Below, piece after piece: positions 1 to 11,390 of a stretch of DNA of 64,000 nucleotides (position 1 is its first letter; every line of letters begins with the position of its first letter). The notes under the pieces are model-generated. The model did no database searches, had not been told where the DNA came from, and worked only from the letters and a program-made list of their open reading frames with translations. The translations under genes and the position numbers were made by a program. The DNA comes from Obrimoposthia wandeli (lineage: Eukaryota). The DNA is taken from assembly GCA_977020255.1 (NCBI GenBank), contig CDROCS010000194.1, positions 1,178,001 through 1,242,000 of the forward strand, in the 5' to 3' direction.

Positions 1-59
1 CTAGGTAAAACCATATACATAGACTTCATATTATACTAGATGCTCATATTCAAATTGGG

Positions 60-620
60 TCTGAATAACCATGCCATTTAACAAAGTATTGTTTATTTTT
101 ACCGGTACCCTAAGATTTTAATATTTTTTGAATACGGAAAACGCTAGGTTTATTTGATATTACTTGTAGTTCTTGCTCGTAAAATTTACCGTGAACGATA
201 TTATTGTCAGTATCTTTAATAGTATACATTATTGGATTACTCTTTTGATCAATTTTACTTATACAAAATATTTCATCGCTCCAATTCTGATCACAGTTTT
301 TAATAAATGGAGTAGAGCTAATTTTCGAAATTCGGACATATTCGTTTTTCTTATATTTAGCTTTTTTAATATTTTCTTTTTTATTCCTGTCTATCCAAAT
401 ATCCATAGAGTTTTTATTAGTAACATCAACAGGTCTCATTCCCTTGAGACCTCTATGTTCCTAGTGATTATATGCATGTATAATTTTAGGTAAAACTTGG
501 ATCCATTTTTTATTTCATTCTTTTGTGAAATACTTTTTTATTCGATCTCTTAAAGTACGATTAAATCTTTCTACTACTGCTGCTTTGTACTATAAAAACA
601 CTGAGTAGTGTTTTATATTA
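60..620 (-). pseudogene. Polinton integrase C-terminal half with chromodomain, disrupted
   Basis: ORF 110..439 is nearly identical to 25402..25977 (MRPVDVTNKNSMDIW...HGKFYEQELQ). Confidence 0.9.
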
Positions 621-817
621 TTTTTTTATAGCACATTTCTTGTAATTATCTTGCAAACCTATTATAATTGGATGATATATTTTTAGAATCAATTTTGATT
701 TTAATATGGATTTAGTCCAATCAAATTCAATGCTTTAGTTATATTAACCAATAAGATTCATGTCTTTGTTAGAAATTAGTATATAAGAATACGCCATTGG
801 AGGACAAATCACAATAA

Positions 818-1240
818 ATGCATTCATATCAAAGACAATTATCAATGATGGACGATAGCAAACAGATATTAAGCGGTAACGAAGATTTAGAAATGTTTGA
901 CGAATCGGATAAGGATATGTATGAAGAAGTGAAACAATATTTCAAATACAAAGTCAGATTCTTGAATAAGGCTCAACTGATTTCTTTAGTAAATCATGTG
1001 ACAATTGAAAGAAGAAAGTTCAGCTAGTATCTATGAAATATTCCAAAACCATATTTTCAATATCTTAAACAGAAAGTTGAAAAGGCAGTTCCAAATTTTA
1101 CTTTCAATAAGAACGAATTTTATATCCGAGGAGCCGATGCAGCATTTCTAGATGAGTATGGAAGATAAATATATGTTGATGCGTTTCCGAAAAGGAAGCA
1201 ATGGACTGTAACAATTCGACTTTATGGTTACAAGAAAGAT
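818..1240 (+). pseudogene. Polinton orphan ORF B copy with nonsense codons
   Basis: MHSYQRQLS... matches 22234..22653; in-frame TAG at 1025-1027. Confidence 0.85.
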
Positions 1241-1439
1241 AAAATTGAAACAAAGTTGCCTATGTATAAAATTGATCGTGCTCATATCCCTATGTTTTAT
1301 CTTTTATTCTTTTATTTTGCATGTAATAAATTGTAAGCGGTTTTATTCATTTTTACTATGTTTCTTTCATTTGGCAATTAATAATTAGTTTTATTTTTTT
1401 ATATTTGTATCTTATATGTATCTTATGTTTTTATAAACA

Positions 1440-1880
1440 TTGTGTTTTAATCAGTTTCCTTATTTTAGAATGGTTCCTCTTCTGAGATATGTAGGACATT
1501 TTTATTATCCAAAAAGAATTTCAAAAGGAAAACTATGTAATATATTAAAGAGGCATCAAATTATACGAGTTATGAATCCTGTGAAAATATCAAAAGTGGA
1601 GAATAAATATCTCATCGAAATTTTAACAACATCTGATATTGATCAATTGAAAAATATTTTGGGATTTTACATTCCTGATTATGTATATGAAGGAAATTGT
1701 TTCCAGCTTGAAACTGATCCCTGTCTGGCTTTTAGAGATGATCTAGGATATTTGATTGCTCCAATTTCAGATGAAGAACTATGGAATATCTCAATACATC
1801 TCAATGGATATTTTGCTGATGACGGGAAAATGCAGCCTCTTTGGTCTTTGAGTGAAACCAATATGGTGTTTTATGTTTAA
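1440..1880 (+). CDS. Polinton orphan ORF A copy (likely start MVPLLR at ~1470)
   Basis: Open frame closely matching 21620..22141 and 61121..61405. Confidence 0.75.
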   Translation: MCFNQFPYFRMVPLLRYVGHFYYPKRISKGKLCNILKRHQIIRVMNPVKISKVENKYLIEILTTSDIDQLKNILGFYIPDYVYEGNCFQLETDPCLAFRDDLGYLIAPISDEELWNISIHLNGYFADDGKMQPLWSLSETNMVFYV

Positions 1881-2467
1881 TAAAGGTTTTAAAAAGAATT
1901 TTGACTCGTATTTTGTTTTTCTCCTCTAAATTGTATAGATCTGACTTATTTTTTCTCTTATAAATCTAACCTATATATTTAACAAAAAACATGTAGTAAT
2001 TTATTAATCTTTCCTAAAAATAGTAGTTATATATTCACATATTATTTGAAATCTCGTCAGTGATAAGCTGCCGGGGCCAATTTGGATTCCTGTGGTCTTC
2101 TCTAATCACATTGGTATAAAATAATTGGTATCAAAAATGAGTTAAAAATATACTTTATGAATTCGTAATTTGTAGTGATATGACACGAGATATCCATGTG
2201 TAGTTGTCATAGTGAGAGATGGGGTATATGGATAAAGTGAAAGAAAAATACTGTAGCGCCCGGAGGGCATGTTTTTTGTATTTTTTTTTAGCATCCGGAG
2301 GGCGTGAATAGAGCCCCCATCCCCCTATTTGTTGCTTTTTCAATTTTTCAATTTTTTTTAAAATTTCACTACACACATGCACGAAATTTCACTCCACACA
2401 CATGCACGGTTTTAAAGGACAGTGGTAGCCCCCGGGGAGTGGATTAGACCGGACACATCCATCTACT

Positions 2468-4248
2468 TACGTAAATGGAATGTAAAATTTGAAGAGATCT
2501 AGGTGAAGCAATGTATGAACTCCTGAAAGATAAATCATATCAGTAAACAAAGTTAAAGCAAAGCTAACATCGTGAATTCTAACTAGAGCTCATTCACTAC
2601 TTAACTCGCTATAATTAGCCATTTTTTAAATCTAAATTTCTTTCAATATCAGTTACAAATATATCATAGAAAACAGTAGATTTATGTAAAATTAATAAAG
2701 TTTAGAGTTCATCGTTGACATTCTTAAACTGTACTGTTGCGCAAAACTGAACCTTAAACTGACCTAATTTTGTCACTTCTGATTTTAAAATATTTTCAAT
2801 ATTTGAATCCACACCTACGTTAAATAAAAGGTTATTTCTCATGGTCACCTTAACTAATTTGTTATTGAGGTGATACTCTATAGTAACATCGTTTTCTCTA
2901 TGTTTTTTGGTCTCGCTTCTTTCTACCTACCATCACCGACAAGCCTCCCCATAATTGAACAAAAGGTCTACTATTTATATTCAAAGGTCCTGATGCTGTT
3001 GATTTATCCGGCAGTGCTGCTGAAGTTGAAGCTACAGTGGCTAATGTATACAGTTCTGCTGATTTTAATGCTGTAGTTGAAGTTGACGGTGAAGCTGACG
3101 TTGAGGCTACAGCGGCTGCTGATGCTACAGCTGAAGAAAGGGTTGGTGCACGCTGGATTCTGATCCCGAAGATACTGATGCTGCTGGTGACGACGATGTC
3201 GTTGAAAACGCAGTTGTTGAAAAAATATATAGCAAATAATATATTTTATAATTTAAAATGAATTACCTTTTAAGCTAGTCAACTTGACCCGGGCACCACC
3301 ATCGATGATCATAGCAATGGAATCGAGGAAGTTAAACCTCGGATTGTGGCTGCTCTGGAGGCTAATGATAAAGATAAAGCAGGTACCGAATAAAAAATAT
3401 TAATTAAATATTTTTTTTAAACATTACCTCCAAAGCGTGAAAAAAACGATTTATGCACTCGCGTTGCATCCGTAGTAGGGGACGTTGTCGGTGTCGTTAA
3501 AGAAGTTCCTTGTTAAAAATTAAAATATTAAATAATTTATGTGACCATATTTAATTAAAATTTTAAAAAATTGTAAGAAATAAATTCCTCTTAAACCCAA
3601 TGAAGCCGATCCAATTATAGCTTGTTGGGGCAAAACGTCTCCTTCATTGACGGCATCCATCCAGCCGTCATCAGTCAACTGGAAATCGGATTTGTCTATT
3701 TCATCCAACCAGCTGTTATCACTCTACTGAGATGAAGGCTGTTCCCTTCGAGTCGAAGTGGTGAGAGGTTTGTTCAAAATGGCTCTTGACTGGGTGCTGC
3801 TGCTGTTCCTCGTGCTGATACTTCTTCTTGGCTCACCGCCGTCGAGTCTTAACTAAGTAAGTCAATATACTGCGACGAGGGGGGGCATTCGTCGGTGCAC
3901 TGGAGAGTAGTCTCCACACAGTTCTACCTCCATTTCTTTGTCTACGTTGAAAAAATGCATATTAAGATTTATGAAAAATAATGAAAATATGCATCCTTAT
4001 ATACTCAAACATCAGACTAACCCTTTTTCATTGTCTAATGAGTGTGTGTGTCTATCATGAGATAAAATTATTTTCAAATAATTGATTCTAAAATTGGTAG
4101 TATTTTATTAAGAGCTTTTAATTGTGTTTGTGTATTTAGAGAGCCAGAGATTTAGAAGGGGAAAACATAACATTTATGAGTGTATATGGATATAAATACC
4201 TATAGAGAATTAGTTTTGGCGTCCTAGGACCGGACACACCCACATACT
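2468..4248 (-). mobile_element. Older, diverged Polinton remnant (PolB N-terminus and leader joined to the right-arm gene start and a degenerate terminus)
   Basis: 2474-3720 is homologous to 32860-33930; ~3800-4090 is homologous to 39480-39740; ends GGACCGGACACACCCACATACT at 4248. Confidence 0.8.
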
Positions 4249-5789
4249 TGTATAATATCTCAAAAATCCATTTACCAAAGTAGAAAATAAAGTGACTTCG
4301 TAAATCGATTGTTTCATAGGTTGTTGAAATCAAATATAGGATTTTATTAATTCAACTAAAACAATTTATGATATGTTGAAAGAACAAAAATAAGGAGCCA
4401 ACAATTATGAGGTGGTGACGAAAAAAACCCCAAACTCCCCTTTTCAAGTTCTTAATTTAACTTTTCAATTTGGTTCCGAAATTTCTTTTAATTAAAGTCT
4501 GAAAATTTGATGTTTTGTATGGCGGCTTCTGGAATTTCCCAAATTTGGTTATTATCCCTATTGAGCAACTAACAACACCTGCAGAACGTTCAATCGTATA
4601 ACGTAAGAAATAATAATAGTATTTAATTAAGCTTCTAGATAAAGTTCAGAGTCTCGATTAAAATCATTATATAAAAATGAATTCTCAAAAAATGAATTTA
4701 TAGGGAATTTAATTTATATTTTGAAACTATAAATGCGTAAATGTAAATATTTTAATAAATAAAAACTCATTGATAATTTGTTCTAAATTCGATGTTTCAA
4801 CTATTTTTTAAGGTTATTTATTTATTTATTTTTATTTTAACAATTTGAAATTCTGCTATCTTAATCTGATGACAAACCTGAAAGCTGTAAGGAATGTTGA
4901 AATGTTTAAATATCGAATATCGAATTAGAGTTGGGAGAGTAATGATAGGTTTTTCATTGCAGAATTCATGTCATAAGGAAATAAAAGATAATAATATTTT
5001 GAAATGTATCGAGAAATTATAAAGGATTTTAAAATATTTTAAAAAGTTGCATAAATAATAATATAAATACTTTTATGTATATATGGTAGTTTGCTTTTGA
5101 ACCCGTTTTTGTTTGATGCTTTTAAGCTGAAACTTTATAGTTTTGTGAAATCAACAATGATCTCTGTCAGTGGTTCTAAACCTCTTTTGTCAACGGTACT
5201 GTAGTAGGTTTAAAAATATTTTGCACCACCCTTAGTTTTGCTACAAATCTATAATTTCAAAAGCACAGCCTACAGTTTATATATATTGAAATGGAGTAAT
5301 CCGGATGTGGCCAATCCAGATAATCATGCAATATTGAAAAATTTTCAGGACGCAAAATATAATTACAATTCATTATAATGAAAGTGTATTTAATTTATTC
5401 GAATGTATTTAATCCGGAAATTCATGCGATTTTACATTTTACTTTTAATTTCGACCAGAGCAGAAATTCCTTTTCACACAAATACGTTATGGAACAGTAA
5501 TTTATAGACGTAAAGCTTTATTTTTGAGAAAGTAAGGCTTGGAAGTAGAGGCATTTTTGGGTCAAAACAAAGTATGAAAGACCGTCCCCCGAGAACCAGC
5601 ATCAGCATATCAATGAGAGTTTATTAATAAATTCTCACCAATTGACTGTAATAGACATCTTCTAATTGTACTTTTATAACATAAAGAAATACTTGAAATA
5701 TGTTGAAGATATTACAGAGAATTCCAATGAGTGCATCTAACCTACCACACAAGAAACCATTAAACGTTTGACCTTGTATAGTAAGACAG

Positions 5790-6960
5790 GCCTGCACAAA
5801 AATTCCATAAAAATCGACCGGAAATACTATTTGATTTATTTTGAAAGTAAATCAGTCCGTAAATCAAACTAAAATCACTGAAATTTGACCGAAATATAAC
5901 TAAATTCACTGACAAATGATCAACTATTAGCATTATAATTTGCATTGTTCTAAAAAATCCAAGGTAAGTTTATCCTTAAATCTTTAAATATAAACATAAA
6001 ATGACTGAAAATCGAACTTTATACCTCCAAATTTACATTATTCTGTAAATATCTTCAGTAAATATATCCTAAAATCCATTAAAAACCAATCTAAAATTGT
6101 TGAAAAATGAACTAAATATCACTATAAAATGACCAACTAATTTCTTCGTACTTTGCCTTAAGCCGAAAGACACACGGTATTTTTGGACCTAAATAACATC
6201 AAATAAACCTAAAATCACTGAAATTACCTAAAGAAACACATTTTGCTTTCAAATTTAATAATCAATAAAAATAAACATAAAATGTTTGAAAATTTAACTT
6301 TACCTTCAAATTAGTTTTATTCTGAAATATACAAAGAAAATTTATTCTAAAATCCATTGAAATAAATCTAAAATCGATTAAAACTCGACTAAATATCACT
6401 GTAAAATGACCAACTAATTTCCTTGTACTTTGCCGTGTTTTGAAAGACAGACGGTATTTTTGATCTAAATCCAATCCAAATGACTCTAAAATCAGTGGAA
6501 AACTATCGAAATTTCATCAAAAATTTTATTTCAGAATTAGCCTTGTTCTTAAAATTAAATGCTAATTTATCATAAAATCAGTCGAATATCACTAAAATTG
6601 ACCGAATGTTGATTTTATAAATTGTCTTGGCCCGATAGACACACGGTTTTGTTAACCTACATTCCATACATTCCATATTCATCTAAATCTAATTGAAATC
6701 GACCAAAACGACCTAAAATACAAAATTTTCCCTTGAAATTTAGCCTGTGTGAAAGACACAGTAAATCTACTCATAAAAGCAAATATATCCCATTATTCGA
6801 CTCAGAATTCGGTCTGCGCTGAGAGACGGTATTTGTCATTAAAAATCGGTCAAAATGACCATAAAATCGCTTAAAATGCCTCAGAATTCAGTCGTAAGAA
6901 AGACACATGGTATATTGAGACCTAAAATTCCTTGAAAATTCTCAAAAAACACGAAATTGA
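5790..6960. repeat. Degenerate tandem/satellite-like repeat region
   Basis: AAATATCACTRTAAAATGACCAACTAATTT...GAAAGACASACGGTATTTTT occurs at ~6115 and ~6390; further AGACACACGGT-like copies to ~6910. Confidence 0.55.
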
Positions 6961-9036
6961 TCGAATTTGACCACTCGTGGATATACCTGCTATTCCTAGC
7001 CAATGCTTTTTTAACAGTTTTCAAAGAACATTTCAATTTAGACACTTCTACTGCAAATGTATTTAGGATCCATTGTATCTTAGGTAAGTCATCCTTTGTA
7101 AAGTAGAACTGAAAGTATAACGCTCAGACGCTCTAGTGGCATCAAGGATTTATTCATCACATGCGCATGTCAAAGCATAATGCAAATGGGGAAACACAAC
7201 AAAATTTATTTTTAGTCACTATCTTTAAATAATAATAGTTTGAATTCAAACGCTGTAACAAGATCATGAGAGTTTAAAATATGTTTATTCGAGCCCTGCA
7301 ATGAGAAAGTCAATTTATTTAAGAGTAAGAAAATGTTACCCACATATGCCAGCTTACATGTCTTGTGGAATCTGTCAAATAAGGAGCTTGTTCATATTTT
7401 ACAGTGATTCAAAGGTAAAACTGTTCAAGTTCAGAAATTGTCAAGTAAATAAAATAAAATTAAAAAAGGCTAGTATTTATAGTCCTTGCGAAGGACATAT
7501 TAAAAGTTAAGGGAAAATAAAAAATACATAACTGAAAAATATTAAGTTATGAAAAAAGTTAATCTGGAAAAGTGGTGGATAGTAAGATTTGTCACGAGTC
7601 TAAGGCAGCAGGAACCATTTGATTACATTAATGTACATTGTATAGTAATGCAAGAGTTACTTATAAATATGAATAAATGCAGCATATTACAGTAAGTAAT
7701 ATTTTGTCTCGGTGTATGAAAATAACATCATGGAAATATGTGGGAATATGGTGACTAAACAAGCATTTAACATAAATTAGTCAAGATATTAACAAGAATA
7801 TGAGTTCTGTGGCTTACTTTTGATTTCATTGAATTGACTAAATATATTCTTTTTTTTGGTGAAAATGTGTTATTTAAACTGAGAATTGAAATTTCAAAAT
7901 TGTAAAGGAAATTTGTTAAACTAATTTTCTAATTAAATATTGGAATGCTAAGTTATCGGTAAACGTATACAGATTAGAAAATATTGTACATTATTTGATA
8001 CTGAAACCCGCTACAATATTTGATAAGTCATTGAATTTTGAGGATGAGCAGTACCTGAATTTGTTTTGGTGATATTTTAGTTGTTTTTTTAAATACATAA
8101 GTTTTCTGAAACATATTCATCTAAATACGAACATTGTAAAGTTAACCAAAAATCACTAGGAGAAAACACTGAATATTTTGAAACATATAACACAAATTTT
8201 CAAAATGATTATTTTAAATATTTAGTCTTGGAAGAATCGTGTTATAAATTATCTTTTAAATTAGGGTCTGCAATGGAATTTGGTGATATCTTACAATACA
8301 AGTTTTTGATATGAAAAGTACAGGGATATATCAGATTACGTATTAACTGTATCGAAAATTTTCAAATTATATTACCTTTCAACACAATAATGCATCTAAT
8401 TCAAAACTATGAGTTAATGTATTTATTTCTCAAAATAAAACTTGGACAACCTATAGTCCTGAAATATCTAAAATATTTATAAGGATTATGTAACAAAAAT
8501 TGAAATTGTGACATAGTGGAATCTTAAAACAATAAGGAACACTACATATTCAAAAGCATAGAGAAACATGAGTTAAGTGCTTAATATGATAAATATATGG
8601 ATATAATTTTAAATTTTATTTAATATAATGGTATTTTTGAATAGTATTATTTGGTCTTATAATAATAATTAATTATAATTTTATTTTAAAATATTTTATT
8701 TAAGTGTAACTATAAAAACAACACTTGTACTCTCAATTTTAATTTTATTCAGCAAAGTCTTTATAATATAGTATATAGAGTAATGAACATTCAAATGCGT
8801 CTTTAATAATTTATAATTTTATGAGAGTAATAGGTTTATAATAAAATTATATTTTATAAATACAATTTTTAAAGAAAATTAGAAAATTTAATGTAATGTT
8901 TCAGTAAAGAAGTATCGACCCAACAGTAGTTACTTTTAAGAATCGTAGGTAATTATATTGTATATTATTATTTAATAGAATCCAATTTTAAACAGTTGCG
9001 CGGTTTATTGATAATTACCTAAAGTTGTGAAATAGA

Positions 9037-9390
9037 ATGGTTAAATGGTTATGTCATTTCAAATTAAATGAATTTTAGGCTGACGCTGAAGTGGAAGAAC
9101 AAAAATCTGAAGTCCGTTCACCAGATAAAATAGATTTGATTCTTAAACCTGCTGGCAATGCTCCTATTTTGAAGCGTAAAAAATGGATTGTAGAACGAAA
9201 GTGGACGGTTCGCTATGTCATTCGATTTTTGCAAGAATTGCTCAAGTGCGAGCCAGATGAGAACATTTTCTTATTCTGTAATTTGTCGTTTGCACCTTCT
9301 TTGGATATGGAATTGGGCTGCTTGTACGACTGTTATGGTGTTAAGGAGAAACTTATCGTTCATTATTGTAAAACTCCGGCTTGGGGATGA
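9037..9390 (+). CDS. ATG12: Ubiquitin-like protein ATG12 (host gene); ATG at 9037 or 9045 spliced to exon 2 at 9079
   Basis: KIDLILKPAGNAPILKRKKW...IFLFCNLSFAPSLD..LGCLYDCYG...LIVHYCKTPAWG-stop is the ATG12 signature with terminal Gly; a GT..AG intron ending at 9078 supplies an in-frame Met. Confidence 0.92.
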
Positions 9391-10499
9391 TTCTCTAGAT
9401 GGCCATTGACAGCTTATTGTTGTAGCAATAAATTGTGATTTGATTTTTTTAAACAGATTTTCTAACGACTTTGTTTATTCTTTAACAAGATACAAAATTT
9501 GAGTTCATTTTTACCTGGAAACAAGTGTAGAGCGCAAACACTCAATCCAATTGAAATGTGCCATTGTTGAACAAGGCAAGACATCGATGATAAAGGAATA
9601 ACCTATAATAGAATAAATTTATTGTTATTAAAACTTACCGTGTTACTTTTGTTTTTGATTTGACTTTTAAAAGTTTTCGAAGAACTGATCCAGAAAGTCA
9701 AATAAATCAAATTCATCATCATATATTTCATTGTTGGTCATCTTTGTATTTCTTTGTTGTACAGATTCACATCTAGTTAATGAAATTCATTTTTACAACT
9801 GTGATATTCAATTTTATCGGGTACATAATAAAACTTACCAATGAATTCAGCATCAAACGTTAATCAACTTTGACATGCAAACTGTTTAATTGCCTACAAC
9901 TCACAATCAAATCGATTAACACAGTTGTAAACTGAATTTCAACAACTGTGTCAATTTGCACAACTTACATTACAGTCACACGGTTCAGAAAAATAAATAC
10001 TTATTTCTTTAGTGTCTGTACTAAAAGTGCAGCCAATTTACTTTAAATATGTGGAGAAAGGGAGATTATGTCCCTGTGGAAGAAATAAGGATAGTTTACG
10101 AACTATCAGATGATTCTGAAGACTTCGAAGATATTTGACTAACCGCAACTCTGATGTAAGTGTGAAGACGTCATTTAGAGAGGAGAGTAGGGCTTTTTGA
10201 TATTTAACTATTCAAATAGTGTGACCTATATTGTGGATGTAAATCCAAGAGACAGAATTTCACAAACAAATATCATCATGTGGCGATTATATGATTTTAT
10301 AAATTAAATACATTTCTCACTTTTTTGATAATAAATTCAGAGTTACTGTACTAAAATATTTGCTATCGGAACTGTCGATTTGGATTTAGATTCAATTTCT
10401 GATATGATACGTGTGTCAATTTTCCAGTGATCTTCAATTTAAAAAAGCATTTGCACCTCTATCGTATTACTTCTATTCAGGAGATTTTGAAAATGTCTT

Positions 10500-11390
10500 G
10501 GATTTTAAATTTGAAGAACAAGATCTGTTGTAGGCGTAGTTCAACTTCCAAAAACCTGACCAGGTCTAAAAAGTGTAGTTAGGAGGTATTTTTTTAGGTT
10601 TTTTTTTCTACGCATTATCCGAAAAAGACGTTTGAAAAAAATTAATTTTTTCGTGGATTTCTGACATTAATAGTAAACGAAACTATAAAAAGATTCGCGC
10701 TTCCTTTGTTTTTATTTCATATTAACACAATTTATACTGTTTTGAATGTAGCGAAAAAATTAGATATAAAAGGACGCAATTTTAAAAATATTATGCCTTG
10801 AACGGTTACAAATTTATTTGGAGAAAATGTTTGGGACGAAAAATGTCCCGGGTTATAGGAAAAATTGATGCTACTGGAAGTGTTGTAAATGCAGGTTGTC
10901 TAAAGACTGCAAGTTTACCCAAGATTTAGCAGCAGCCTTAAAAAGTCCACACGCCACACATCGATAAAGCTGACTATTTCCATCGAGCCATTCATGATAT
11001 TAGCTTCAATCATAGACATCACCTTCTTTATGCTCTCAACGAGGATGACCACGATAAACGATTACAATTTTGTGTCAATTGGGGATCTGAGAACCCATGC
11101 CACATTATAGAGAAGCAATATAATCTCCCAGGTGCCACAGCCTGGGAGAGAAAATAAACTGGCCATTCTTGTTTAAAGGTGCTGCTATTGGTGTTCGATA
11201 TGCTGAAGTATCAACTAAAAGTTTCTGAGTACCCCAATTTGGGTGAACCTCATTTTCCAAAAGATGGTGCACCCGCTCACACCACTGAAGATATTTGACA
11301 ATGCCTTAATGAGGTCGCGAGCCAATCAAATGGCTAGTCAGATAACTTGATTTCTCAGAAATGCAGCGTATTCTTCTAATCTACGATCTA
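10500..11390 (+). mobile_element. Degenerate Tc1/mariner-superfamily transposon remnant
   Basis: Broken frames resembling TGSV.., ALNEDDHDKRLQFC, WGSENP, GPF.F, F.KDGAPAH. Confidence 0.65.

Larger units (their letters stand above)
1..2467 (-). mobile_element. Polinton/Maverick fragment (inverted, internally deleted copy of the 21-26 kb left arm); continues beyond window start
   Basis: Reverse-complement homology to 21.5-22.8 kb and 25.4-26.0 kb; ends in TIR terminus ...GGACACATCCATCTACT at 2467; integrase sequence joins directly to the sequence upstream of the TBP-like gene at ~620. Confidence 0.9.

Noticed and set aside
173-493. ORFs 173..493, 25510..25830, 1679..1861, 21639..21821, 15017..15262 and 30915..31154
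   Set aside because: Antisense shadows of better-supported coding frames.
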